DNA of 64,000 bases from Anaerolineae bacterium (GCA_027021705.1 JALUTT010000108.1:8424-72423), one strand, 5' to 3'. Counted from the stretch's first letter, positions 50,015 to 60,114 are shown. The notes: a model not told the origin generated them from the sequence alone. Made by a program: numbers and translations.

Positions 50015-51282
50015 AAATTGCCTACATCCTCCTACACTTCCCCTATCCTACGGAAACTTTCGTGGCCGAAGAGATTGCAGCCCTCCGTACCCAAGGCACT
50101 AATGTGCAAATCGTCTCACTACTGGGGCCGGGGAAGGGGGTCGTACAGCCTCTATCCCAAAGATTGCTTCGTCACACCTGGTACGCGCCGGGGCTATGGT
50201 CCCCTAAGCTTTGGATTGCCCAAGGGTTTTTCTTGTTCCAGCAGCCCCGCCAATACGCAGCTCTCTTGAGTCGCCTTATCCGACAGCCTTACCCGAAACG
50301 CTTCTTACCCTTGCTGCTCAAACGATTGGTGATCTTTTTGAAGGCCATCGCAACCGCTTATCATTTACGGACTTCTTCCATCCAGTTGCTCCATGCTCAT
50401 TTTGCGTGGCTTCCAGGTGCCGCGGCTTGGATCATAGCACGTCTCTTAGGGCTCCCCTTCACCGTTACCGTCCATGCATATGACCTTTACTACTCCAACG
50501 ATCTGTTGACCCTGGTGATAGGCGAGGCCGAACGGGTTATAGCCATATCGGAGTACAACCGTGAGTATGTTATGGCCCAAGGGAACTGCCCTCGGGAAGC
50601 CGTCACCGTCATCCACTGTGGGGTCAACTTCGCGGAGATCCCCGCTCGCACGACACCACGGAGACGGCCCCCTGGGGAACCATTGCGAATCCTATCTGTG
50701 GGAAGTCTTGTGCCCAAGAAAGGGCATGCGGTCTTGATCTCCGCTTGCCACCACTTAAAGCAAAAGGGATACGACTTTACTTGCACCATCATCGGCGATG
50801 GACCTCAAGCGGCCTCTCTGCGCCGACAGGTCCGAGAGAAAGGGCTGCAAACCTATGTCAACCTTTTGGGGCCTCGGCCCCATCCAGAGGTTATGGAAGC
50901 CTATGCCCACCACGATATCTTTGTCCTCGCGTCCATCGTCACACCTACGGGGGATCGTGATGGGATTCCTGTGGTGCTGATGGAAGCGGGGGCAGCGGGG
51001 TTGCCCCTAATATCTACCCCCATCTCGGGAATCCCTGAACTGGTACGTCACGGGCAGACCGGATGGCTGGTGCCATCTGGGGATGCCAAAGCTTTAGCCG
51101 AGGCGATAGAACGGCTCGCCCAGGACCCGGACCTGAGAGAGCGTCTAGGGGATAATGCACGCTCCCTGGTGGAATCGGAATTCCACCTGACGGAGAACGC
51201 TCGTCGCCTCCTTCTCCTTTTCCAAGAAGTCATCCAACAACACAGCACATCACAATCACCAAGCTTTGAAATCCCCGGGTAG
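50011..51282 (+). CDS. GT4 glycosyltransferase (WcaL-like)
   Basis: FPYPTETF, HAHF, HAYD, KKG, RDGIPVVLMEA. Confidence 0.92.
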   Translation: MKIAYILLHFPYPTETFVAEEIAALRTQGTNVQIVSLLGPGKGVVQPLSQRLLRHTWYAPGLWSPKLWIAQGFFLFQQPRQYAALLSRLIRQPYPKRFLPLLLKRLVIFLKAIATAYHLRTSSIQLLHAHFAWLPGAAAWIIARLLGLPFTVTVHAYDLYYSNDLLTLVIGEAERVIAISEYNREYVMAQGNCPREAVTVIHCGVNFAEIPARTTPRRRPPGEPLRILSVGSLVPKKGHAVLISACHHLKQKGYDFTCTIIGDGPQAASLRRQVREKGLQTYVNLLGPRPHPEVMEAYAHHDIFVLASIVTPTGDRDGIPVVLMEAGAAGLPLISTPISGIPELVRHGQTGWLVPSGDAKALAEAIERLAQDPDLRERLGDNARSLVESEFHLTENARRLLLLFQEVIQQHSTSQSPSFEIPG

Positions 51283-51292
51283 GGAGTCAGCG

Positions 51293-52702
51293 ATGAAGCC
51301 AAACATCCTCCTGATCGTTTTAGATGCCGTGCGGTTCGACCACCTTTCCTGCTATGGGGCTGAGCGTCCTACTTCGCCCTCTCTCGATGCCTTGGCTGAA
51401 CAAGGCGTCCTGTTTGAAAACGCCTTCGCGGCTGGATCCTGGACTCCGCCCTCCCACGCGGCGCTGTTCACCGGGAAATATCCGTCTCAATGTGGGACGA
51501 TGGGACACCAACTCCGCCTTAACAACTCCCACCTGACCATCGCGGAATTTCTGCGTCGCCAGGGCTACCGCACCGCTGGCATCGGAAGCGCCTGGATCAG
51601 TCGCCGTCAAGGTTTCGCCTATGGTTTTGAACACTTCGTCGAACTATGGCAACGGACTGATTGGCGCGATCTCGCCTTTACACGAGACCGCTTGCTGCGC
51701 AAGATCTACGACCGAGTGACCCACAGCAATGACGGGGGAGACTACGCGGCGGTTCAGTGGATGAAGCGATGGATCAAACGGGTGAAAGGCCAAGGGCCTT
51801 TCTTTGGCTTTCTCCGCTTCCTTTCTGCCCACACGCCATACGCCCCCCCGCCTCCTTTCAAGAAACGCTTCGAGCCGGAGTTGGGTCCCCAAGACGACCT
51901 CAAGAAGCTACGGTTCTTGGCTGCCGATGGAGGTTACTCCTATATGGCCGGCTACCTGGAAGTCAGTCCCCGAGAATGGGACATTATCCGAGCCTGGTAT
52001 GACGCTTGCATCCTGTACATTGACTCCCTCATCGGAAGCCTGATCACTTGGCTCGAAGACCTCGAGTTGCTGGACTCGACCCTCATCATCGTTACCTCCG
52101 ATCACGGCGAGAACTTTGGTGAGCACGGGCTTGCCGGGCATAGCTACTGCGTCTATGATACCTTGCTCCACGTCCCTCTAATCATCGCAGCACCTCAAGG
52201 CCTTATGCCAAGGGGGCAACGGATCAGCGACCTCATCTCCCTGGTGGACATTCTCCCCACCGTAGGGCACATCATCGGTGCGTCTGACGCAATACCGCCC
52301 GATGTAGCCGGTCAGAGCTTCTTTCCCCTCGATTCACAACCACGACGTGATGCTATCTTCGCCGAGTACGGCCCTCCCTATGCCTTCACCGTCTTCAAGC
52401 GTCTACATCCTGAGTTCTCTCCGACTCGGTTCGACCGCGCCCTCAGAACAATCCGCACCCAGACCCACAAATACATCATGGGCTCTGATGGTCAGGAGGA
52501 ACTGTACGACCTAACTGCCGACCCCGCGGAAGAACGCAATCTGATTGACGCGCACCCCGACTTAGCAAACCAACTGCGAGATCGCCTCATTGCCACATTA
52601 GGGGGCTTTGAGACGCTCTCTCCCACAGACACCCCAAGCCCTCTGAGTGCAGAGGAAGAAGTCCGTCTGATGGCCCATCTACGGGATCTGGGATACCTAT
52701 GA
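51293..52702 (+). CDS. Sulfatase/alkaline-phosphatase superfamily hydrolase or transferase
   Basis: PNILLIVLDAVR, WTPPSH..LFTG, HTPY, TSDHGE, VPLII, C-terminal LRDLGYL. Confidence 0.85.
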   Translation: MKPNILLIVLDAVRFDHLSCYGAERPTSPSLDALAEQGVLFENAFAAGSWTPPSHAALFTGKYPSQCGTMGHQLRLNNSHLTIAEFLRRQGYRTAGIGSAWISRRQGFAYGFEHFVELWQRTDWRDLAFTRDRLLRKIYDRVTHSNDGGDYAAVQWMKRWIKRVKGQGPFFGFLRFLSAHTPYAPPPPFKKRFEPELGPQDDLKKLRFLAADGGYSYMAGYLEVSPREWDIIRAWYDACILYIDSLIGSLITWLEDLELLDSTLIIVTSDHGENFGEHGLAGHSYCVYDTLLHVPLIIAAPQGLMPRGQRISDLISLVDILPTVGHIIGASDAIPPDVAGQSFFPLDSQPRRDAIFAEYGPPYAFTVFKRLHPEFSPTRFDRALRTIRTQTHKYIMGSDGQEELYDLTADPAEERNLIDAHPDLANQLRDRLIATLGGFETLSPTDTPSPLSAEEEVRLMAHLRDLGYL

Positions 52703-54063
52703 CCAGGCATTCCCTCTCTAATCCTGCCAGCGCTTCGACAAAAGGTGCAGAGCCTGTGAGTCACCATCTTCCCTTCCGCACTCTTGTTCGAGCTAAAGGG
52801 GTGTCCTTAGTAGGTTCCCGGCTGATAGCCATCGTCCGGCGCTACGGTTGCACTCCTGGAAAGTTGATGGCTTCCCTCAAAGCATTTGTGCAGCTTATGC
52901 ACCAGCATAATGTACGTGCCACCCTCCCCATCCCTGGGATCGTCCTTGCACGTCATCCCGACGTCGCCCAGTATCTACACCAATCCGGTATGGAATTGGC
53001 AATTCACGGATGGGCACACATCTCTTTTGCCGATATGTCTCTTGAGGAGCAAGTGGACTCCATCCGGCGTGCTCAGGCCGCCTTCTCCTCCATTGGTATC
53101 CCGGTCCAAGGGTTCCGCTCGCCCTACCTGAGTCGAAACGCCTCTTTGCTGGAAGCCCTTCGGCTAACAGGAATCCGCTACGTGAGCAATCAACCCATCT
53201 TATGGACTCTGCCCGACTTAGGAGCAGTGCCTTCAGGTCGGCGCTCCCTTTACCTGAGAGCACAAACATTCTATCATCCCTGGTCATCGGAAGAACGGAC
53301 ACCCACGCCTCGTCTAAGAGGCTCTTTGGTAGAGATCCCTGTCTCGCTGCCCGACGATGAGATGCTTATAGACCGCTTGCACTTCTCTGACGCCCAACAG
53401 ATCGCAGAGGCGTGGCTCCTCATGCTGGAAGACATCTACCATCGGGAAGGGCTCCTGACGCTACAAGCGCATCCAGAACGCGCCCCTATCTATGCCCCTG
53501 CCTTGGCCGCTGTCCTACAGGAGGCCCGCCGCAAACAGCCGTCAATATGGATTGCCCCCTTGTCGGAAATCGCTGCATGGTGGGAAACCAGCACCACTGC
53601 CCCAATCACGGCAAAACCGGTGGCCCCCCACCGATGGCACCTTCAGGTACAAGGCCCTCCCCAACTGGTATGGCTATTGCGTGGGGTTGTCACCGAAACG
53701 GAAACCTGCCCCTGGATGGGAAAATACCTCGTGGCGACGATGCCCGAGATAGAGGTCTGTGCAGCCGTCCGCCCTTTTCTGGGAGTGCCTCTCCAGGCTT
53801 CAGAACGACTTGTGACTTTCCTGCGCGAGCAAGGCTACATCGTGGAGAGAAGCAACGTCCCTTCCCAATACGGCCTCTATCTGCATTGGGAGGATTTGGA
53901 CCCTCACCGCGAACACCACTTGCTAACCCACATTGAGAATTCAGAAGGGCCTTTAATTCGTTTGGGAAAGTGGCCTGGTGGTGCTCGGAGTGCGCTGGCC
54001 GTCACCGGCGATATAGATGCACTGACCCTGGGGGACTACCTTTGGAGGATATTAGGGCGCTAA
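52699..54063 (+). CDS. Polysaccharide deacetylase (NodB-like) with C-terminal extension
   Basis: ELAIHGWAH, GFRSPYL, EIPVS, HPE. Confidence 0.82.
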   Translation: MTRHSLSNPASASTKGAEPVSHHLPFRTLVRAKGVSLVGSRLIAIVRRYGCTPGKLMASLKAFVQLMHQHNVRATLPIPGIVLARHPDVAQYLHQSGMELAIHGWAHISFADMSLEEQVDSIRRAQAAFSSIGIPVQGFRSPYLSRNASLLEALRLTGIRYVSNQPILWTLPDLGAVPSGRRSLYLRAQTFYHPWSSEERTPTPRLRGSLVEIPVSLPDDEMLIDRLHFSDAQQIAEAWLLMLEDIYHREGLLTLQAHPERAPIYAPALAAVLQEARRKQPSIWIAPLSEIAAWWETSTTAPITAKPVAPHRWHLQVQGPPQLVWLLRGVVTETETCPWMGKYLVATMPEIEVCAAVRPFLGVPLQASERLVTFLREQGYIVERSNVPSQYGLYLHWEDLDPHREHHLLTHIENSEGPLIRLGKWPGGARSALAVTGDIDALTLGDYLWRILGR

Positions 54064-54141
54064 ACAGCCTGACCAAGCGTGGTCTGCACGAGCCTCATCT
54101 ACTGAAGCATAGGGAAGAGAATACCAGACGAGGAATGCTTT

Positions 54142-55338
54142 ATGGCAGCGTCTCACCACACCTACTGTATGGTCGTCCATGCGCACTATCCCATCGGGGA
54201 GCCCCGGGTGGAGCGTGAAGCAGAGGCCCTGGTCGAACAGGGATATGACGTCGAGGTCATTTGCTTGCGCCACCCTACGGAGCCAGCCCTCGAAATCGTG
54301 GGAGGTGTGAGAATCTACCGACTGCCGGTTCACCGCCACAAAGGATGGGGACCTTTACGCCAGTTCCTCGAGTACCTAGCCTTTTTCTTCTTGGCGTTCC
54401 TACGCTTGAGCCGCTTCTCAGGCCGGTACAGTGTCGTCCATGTGCACAACCTACCGGATTTCCTCGTCTTTGCTGCCCTGGTACCCCGCCTGAGAGGAGC
54501 CCGGATTGTGCTGGACATCCACGACCTGATGCCTGAATTCTACCTCTCCCGCTTCGGCCATCGCGGAGGCCGTTGGGTAATCTTCCTCCTGCGCCTCCAG
54601 GAAAAGCTTGCTTGCCGCTTCGCCCACCACGTGATCACCGTGACAGAGCCCTGGCGACAGACCTTGATTCGGCGGAGCGTACCCGCCCACAAATGCTCCG
54701 TCCTCATGAATGTACCGGGGGATCGCTTCAGACGCGGTGCTGCCCGGTTGCCCAAAAAGCGTGCACCCTATTCGTTTCACCTAGTCTACCATGGAACCCT
54801 AGCGTATCGCTATGGCATTGATCTAGCAATCCAGGCAGTCGCCCAGATTCGCCAACAAATCCCTGGCTTACACCTCACCATCCACGGACGGGGGGAGTAT
54901 CTTGGTGATCTGCAACGGTTGGTAAAGGAGCTTGATTTGACAGACCACATCTCTTTCAGCACTCACTACATCCCGATGGATGACCTCCCTGCTTTCCTAG
55001 TTATGGCTGATGTAGGCATCGTTCCTTACCGCCGCGACACTTTCACGGACGGCATCCTCCCCACAAAGCTTATGGAGTACGTTGCCCTAGGAATACCGGT
55101 GATCGCATCGCGCACCGCTGCCATAACGGCTTACTTCGACGAGTCTATGTTGGAATTCTTTCCTCCGGGGGACGTCTCGGCCCTGGCCCAGAGCATCTTG
55201 CGCCTCTACCGCGACCCCGCCCGTCGGGCTATGTTGGTTAAGAATGCCGACCGGTTCAACCGGCTGCACACCTGGGAACACCAATCGACCCGACTGATTG
55301 AGTTGGCCAATCACCTGACCAACACTAGGAGGCATTAG
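54142..55338 (+). CDS. GT4 glycosyltransferase (paralogue A)
   Basis: RVEREAEAL, HNLPD, DIHD.MPE, PTKLMEY.ALG.PVI. Confidence 0.92.
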   Translation: MAASHHTYCMVVHAHYPIGEPRVEREAEALVEQGYDVEVICLRHPTEPALEIVGGVRIYRLPVHRHKGWGPLRQFLEYLAFFFLAFLRLSRFSGRYSVVHVHNLPDFLVFAALVPRLRGARIVLDIHDLMPEFYLSRFGHRGGRWVIFLLRLQEKLACRFAHHVITVTEPWRQTLIRRSVPAHKCSVLMNVPGDRFRRGAARLPKKRAPYSFHLVYHGTLAYRYGIDLAIQAVAQIRQQIPGLHLTIHGRGEYLGDLQRLVKELDLTDHISFSTHYIPMDDLPAFLVMADVGIVPYRRDTFTDGILPTKLMEYVALGIPVIASRTAAITAYFDESMLEFFPPGDVSALAQSILRLYRDPARRAMLVKNADRFNRLHTWEHQSTRLIELANHLTNTRRH

Positions 55339-56415
55339 ATGGCAGAGCCATTAGGCGCCTCTTCCTTGCGCCCAATCACTACGCTGGACGAGGCGGCCTG
55401 GAGGGCATTTCTGGAGGCTTCTCCTCAAGCGAACATCTTTCTTACCCCGGAGATGTACCAGGTTTTCCAACAGACACGCTATTACACTCCGGAAGTGTGG
55501 GCCGTTCAAGACCGGGATCATACCATTGTCGCCTTGATGATGCCTGTTGTCATCTCCTTAGGCGACCGTTTCCTCAGTTGGCTCACCAGCCGGGCCGTAG
55601 CCTATGGAGGCATTGCCTACCTCCCTTCTTGCAAAGAAGCCTCCCTCTCCGTTCTGGTGCAAGCCTATGGAAGAGCCCGGCATTTCCCGGCGCTCTTCAC
55701 CGAAATACGTCACCTGAGCGATGCAACAGACATCCAGCCGATCCTCCAACGCTATGGATTCCAATATGAGGATCACCTGAACTTTCTAATTCCCTTGGAT
55801 CGCCCCCCCGAAGTCATCTTCCAGCGGTTCAAGAAACGAGTCCGAAAACAGATTCGGCGGAGCCTACGCGAGGGACAAGTGACCGTCGAAGAAGTCGTGG
55901 ACCGGTCCCAACTGCCAACTTGGTATGCTTTGCTGCGCAAGACATATGAGGCTGCCCAAGTTCCTCTAGCCCCCTTCTCGCTTTTTGAAGCCATCTTCGA
56001 GATCCTGGTGCCCAAGGAAATGGCCAAATTCTTCGTGGCTAAAGTGGGTGAAGCCTGGGCCTCGGTTTCCCTCGAACTCCTCTACCGGGATGTCATCTAC
56101 GGCTGGTACGGCGGCACCGACCGCGCCTTTGCCCGCTATTATCCCACAGAACTCCTGCTTTGGCACATCTTCCAGTGGGGAGCAACCCATAACTACCGGT
56201 CGTATGATTTTGGAGGGGCAGGGAGACCTGGAGAACCTTATGGTGTACGAGATTTCAAAGCCAAATTTGGAGGCACGCTGGTCTGCTTTGGCCGCAACAC
56301 CCTGGTGCATTCCCCCCACCGCCTCTTCTTAAGTCGGCAGGGTTACTTCCTTTACCGGAAACTGAAGCGGCTCCGGCACGCTTTCAGCCAGTGGAGCGAG
56401 GCACGGGCAAGATGA
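55339..56415 (+). CDS. FemAB-like GNAT transferase
   Basis: RKQIRRS, YDFGGAG, YGVRDFKAKFG. Confidence 0.85.
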   Translation: MAEPLGASSLRPITTLDEAAWRAFLEASPQANIFLTPEMYQVFQQTRYYTPEVWAVQDRDHTIVALMMPVVISLGDRFLSWLTSRAVAYGGIAYLPSCKEASLSVLVQAYGRARHFPALFTEIRHLSDATDIQPILQRYGFQYEDHLNFLIPLDRPPEVIFQRFKKRVRKQIRRSLREGQVTVEEVVDRSQLPTWYALLRKTYEAAQVPLAPFSLFEAIFEILVPKEMAKFFVAKVGEAWASVSLELLYRDVIYGWYGGTDRAFARYYPTELLLWHIFQWGATHNYRSYDFGGAGRPGEPYGVRDFKAKFGGTLVCFGRNTLVHSPHRLFLSRQGYFLYRKLKRLRHAFSQWSEARAR

Positions 56416-57629
56416 GCGTGAACAAAGGACAAACTGCCCCCTCCAAACGTGTTTGTATGGTTGTTCTCGCCTACTATCCCTTGGCCGAAACTCGGGTCCA
56501 GCGAGAAGCCGAAGCCTTGTTGGCTAACGGATATGGGGTGGATGTCATCTCCCTCAAGCTCCCCCATGAGCCCTCGTATGAGGTGGTGCGAGGCGTTCAC
56601 GTCCACCGTCTCCCTATGGGAAGACGGATACAACGGAACTTCACAACCCTCCTGGCAGAATACCTCCGGTTCCTGGCCTTGGCAACTCTGAAACTCGCAC
56701 GGCTCTACCGGAAAGCCCACTATCAGGTTATCCAAGTCCACAACTTGCCGGACTTTCTTGTATTCTCGGCCCTGTGGCCCAAGCTCCACGGAGCAAAAGT
56801 CATCCTCGACATCCACGATGTCATGCCAGAATTCTTTGCAGCTCGCACAGACCGTCCAATGCACAGCCGACCGGTACGTCTAGTGGTCAAACAGGAACAA
56901 TGGTCGTGCCGGTTCGCCGACCATGTGATCACCGTCACCGATCTTTGGCGGCAGGCCCTGATCCAACGAGGAGTGCCCCCGGAAAAGGTCAGCGTTGTAA
57001 TGAACGTAGCCGATGCTCGCATCTTCCACCGAAGCGTGCGTCGGCAGCACCCCAACCGCCCCTCCGATGGTCTCTTCCGGCTCTTCTACCACGGCACCCA
57101 GGCCCATCGCTATGGGCTGGACATCTTGCTACAAGCCGTCGCCCAAATCCGGTCTGAAATCCCACCTATGCGCGTAATCCTTCATGGCACCGGCGAAGTG
57201 CACGAGAAACTGGTGCGCCTAGCTCAAGAACTAGAAATCGCAGACATTGTTGAATTCAACACCCAATTCGTCCCCCTCACCGAGCTCCCCCTCCGCATCA
57301 TCCAAGCCGATGTAGGCGTCGTACCCTATCGCCGTGACCTTTTCACCGATGGAATTCTGCCAACCAAGTTGATGGAGTACATCGCGCTAGGGCTTCCCGT
57401 CATCGCTTCCCGTACCCCCGCCATCGCTGCTTATCTTGATGAAGATATGGTCCACCTCGTCAACCCTGAAGACGTGGACGATTTGGCAACAGGAATACTC
57501 AAACTATACCGAGACAAAGCTTACCGAGACGCCCTAGTAGTAGCTTCCGAACGTTTCTTGCGCCGATACAGTTGGGAGGACCAGCAAGATCGTTATGTCA
57601 AGCTAATGAACAGGCTCTGCAATGGATAA
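56412..57629 (+). CDS. GT4 glycosyltransferase (paralogue B)
   Basis: Same motifs as 54142-55338; ATG at 56412 overlaps the upstream stop. Confidence 0.92.
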   Translation: MSVNKGQTAPSKRVCMVVLAYYPLAETRVQREAEALLANGYGVDVISLKLPHEPSYEVVRGVHVHRLPMGRRIQRNFTTLLAEYLRFLALATLKLARLYRKAHYQVIQVHNLPDFLVFSALWPKLHGAKVILDIHDVMPEFFAARTDRPMHSRPVRLVVKQEQWSCRFADHVITVTDLWRQALIQRGVPPEKVSVVMNVADARIFHRSVRRQHPNRPSDGLFRLFYHGTQAHRYGLDILLQAVAQIRSEIPPMRVILHGTGEVHEKLVRLAQELEIADIVEFNTQFVPLTELPLRIIQADVGVVPYRRDLFTDGILPTKLMEYIALGLPVIASRTPAIAAYLDEDMVHLVNPEDVDDLATGILKLYRDKAYRDALVVASERFLRRYSWEDQQDRYVKLMNRLCNG

Positions 57630-58776
57630 CCCGGCTCTTCTATCGCGGACAGATGCCACTATATCCAAGCACCAGCAACTCGACGTCTTCGTCGTGACTT
57701 CCTCCCACCGTCAGGCCTGGAACCACTTCGTAGCCCATCAACCCACCTTCAGCCTCCTCCAAAGCTTTGAGTGGGGAGAATTCAAAGAGGCTCTGGGATG
57801 GGTCCCCGTCCGGCTGGCCGTTCGTCGTGAAGACCAATGGGTTGGAGCCGCCCAAGTTCTGATCAAGCCCCTGCCGGTGGGAAGCATCGCCTACATCCCC
57901 CGAGGCCCCCTGGTAGATTGGCAAGACCGTGAGGCGGTACTCAGCCTGCTCGAGGCCATCCACCAACAGGCTCGGGCTCGACAGGCGATTTTCCTACGCA
58001 TTGAGCCGCCGCTACTGCACCACCCGACCAACCACGCCCTTCTGCGCAGCTACGGCTTCCGGCCTACCCCTTACACCAACCAACCCCGCTGTACGATGAT
58101 CGTGCACCTTCCGGAACGGATGGACGACCTTCTGAAGCAGTTCCCTGCCTCCACCCGCTACAACATCCGGCTGAGCCGGCGTCGAGGGGTGGAAATCAAG
58201 GTAGGAACAGCCCAAGACCTGAGCACCTTCTACCGCCTGATGCAGATCACGGGACACCGAGGCCGTTTTCCCATCCGACCAGCCGTGTACTACCGCCGCG
58301 AGTGGGAGACCTTCCATCGGCACGGTCAAGTCCAACTCCTCATCGCCTGCTATCAAGGGCGTCCCATCGCTGCCCAGATGCCCTTTGTTTTTGGCTCCCA
58401 CGCGGCCTCATTCCACGCCGGATCGGTTGATGGGTATCGTAACCTCAAAGCCGGCTACCTGATGATGTGGGAAGCGATGAAGTGGGCTCACGCCCAGGGC
58501 TCCCGCACTTTCGACCTGTGGGGCATCCCCGACGAAGTGGGGGAACTCACAGCGGCCAATCGCCCTATCCCCAAGGGGCGCAGGGGAGGTCTTTGGGGAG
58601 TCTACTACTTCAAGCGGGCTTTCCGGGGAGAGGTGGTGTACTACGTGGGAGCTTACGACCACGTCTACAAGCCCTGGCTTCATCGCACGGTCGCCTTCGC
58701 AACGAAGCGCCTGGGATCGTTGGACCGGATGGCCCAACTGATGGACTACTTCTCTCTGGGAGGGAGAAAAGGCTGA
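57622..58776 (+). CDS. FemABX-family aminoacyl-tRNA-dependent transferase
   Basis: LLQSFEWGEFK, YIPRGP, TRYNIR..RRGV, FDLWG, GVYYFKRAF.G, G.YD. Confidence 0.9.
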   Translation: MDNPALLSRTDATISKHQQLDVFVVTSSHRQAWNHFVAHQPTFSLLQSFEWGEFKEALGWVPVRLAVRREDQWVGAAQVLIKPLPVGSIAYIPRGPLVDWQDREAVLSLLEAIHQQARARQAIFLRIEPPLLHHPTNHALLRSYGFRPTPYTNQPRCTMIVHLPERMDDLLKQFPASTRYNIRLSRRRGVEIKVGTAQDLSTFYRLMQITGHRGRFPIRPAVYYRREWETFHRHGQVQLLIACYQGRPIAAQMPFVFGSHAASFHAGSVDGYRNLKAGYLMMWEAMKWAHAQGSRTFDLWGIPDEVGELTAANRPIPKGRRGGLWGVYYFKRAFRGEVVYYVGAYDHVYKPWLHRTVAFATKRLGSLDRMAQLMDYFSLGGRKG

Positions 58777-59987
58777 TGCCCAAGACGCGCCGGTGGCTCC
58801 GAGAGCTCGAGGTCCGGTTTCGTAGAGTGGCACATACCCTACCGCCTTCCTCCCGTCGGACTTACGAAGAGATCCTGGGTTGGGGTAAGACGGGCTTGGC
58901 TGTGCTGAGCCGACCTGCCCTGCACTTCTATACCTTCCCTTCCGTCGGAGGCTGCCGGATCGGCTACCTGGGCCCTGGCACCAGTCTGCGCTTCCTGGTC
59001 CACTTGCTGCAAAGGCTGGAGACGTTACCCCAATCCCGCGATTCCTTTCCGTGGTGGCGGGTGCGCTCTGCCCTCCCTCACCTTCAAGAGCAGTGCGACC
59101 TGTTCATCCTGGAAATGCCTTATCGCCTTCTCGAGGCTCTCGGGTTCTCCCAATCCCCCTCATCGGGGATTCTCACCACACCGTGGATGCGGTGGTACAT
59201 CCCCTTGGAGCATCCCTGGGATGTCATTGAAGCCGGATTCCACCGCAGCGCCCGGGATGATCTGCGATGGGCCAAGGGTTTGACCTGCACCCCCTCCCGG
59301 CAGCCCGAAGACCTGGCATTCTTCTACCACACCTTCTATCGTCCCTACCTCCTGGAACGGTTCGGGTCCCTGGCCGAGGCAAGCAGCTTTGAAGAACTGC
59401 GCTACTTCTTCCGCTATGGCTGGCTGGTATGGGCTCGAGATGGCGAGGGGAACCTTTTGGGAGCGCTCCTCTGCTTTGCCGTCGGACGCGCTTTCTATGC
59501 CTATGTGCTTGCCCTGAAGCCTGGCCTACCACGCCGCATCACCAAAGCCACGATGGCAGCTTGGTTTGCTTATCTGATCCGCTGGGCCTGGCAGCAAGGA
59601 TTCGCTGTCTTGGACCTAGGATTCACCCGGCCCTTGCTAAACGATGGAGTGGTTCGTTACAAACGCAAATGGGGAGCTCGGATCGCCTTCGATCCCCTGC
59701 AGACTTGGGGATGGTGGATCACCACCCCCCACGGTGCGGATGGGCTTCGTTCTCTGTTCGCCCGGACACCGTGGATATGGCGCGGTGAGAGAGGCCGGTT
59801 GTATGGGCTACTCTTGGATCCAGAGCTTCCCTCCAAAGGATTGGAGAGGCTCCCCCGTCTGGGACGCGCATGGTGGGTGCCAGGCCTGTCTGGACTGCTG
59901 ATCTATCCAGGGCAGATGGACGCCCTTCCCCCTTCAGCCTACAACCCTCTGTCACCTCTGGGGAAGGCCATCCTATGGCATCCCTAA
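58776..59987 (+). CDS. GNAT/FemAB-related acyltransferase
   Basis: LDLGFTRP...DGVVRYKRKWG; ATG at 58776 overlaps the upstream TGA. Confidence 0.75.
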   Translation: MPKTRRWLRELEVRFRRVAHTLPPSSRRTYEEILGWGKTGLAVLSRPALHFYTFPSVGGCRIGYLGPGTSLRFLVHLLQRLETLPQSRDSFPWWRVRSALPHLQEQCDLFILEMPYRLLEALGFSQSPSSGILTTPWMRWYIPLEHPWDVIEAGFHRSARDDLRWAKGLTCTPSRQPEDLAFFYHTFYRPYLLERFGSLAEASSFEELRYFFRYGWLVWARDGEGNLLGALLCFAVGRAFYAYVLALKPGLPRRITKATMAAWFAYLIRWAWQQGFAVLDLGFTRPLLNDGVVRYKRKWGARIAFDPLQTWGWWITTPHGADGLRSLFARTPWIWRGERGRLYGLLLDPELPSKGLERLPRLGRAWWVPGLSGLLIYPGQMDALPPSAYNPLSPLGKAILWHP

Positions 59988-60060
59988 ACGAGCTCTCCGT
60001 TTGAGGATTCTGACATTTGTAAGGCGGCTCTGCCCCCAGACGACGCTCCTGGGAAACACT

Positions 60061-60114
60061 CTAACTTACTTTTAATCCTCTTCTTACCGGACTTCTACTC
60101 TCCTTAGGTAAAGT
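60061..60114 (+). promoter_or_regulatory. 11-bp phased YTAAC-like array plus -10
   Basis: ctaac 60061, ttaat 60072, cttac 60083, tctac 60094; taaagt 60109. Confidence 0.5.
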
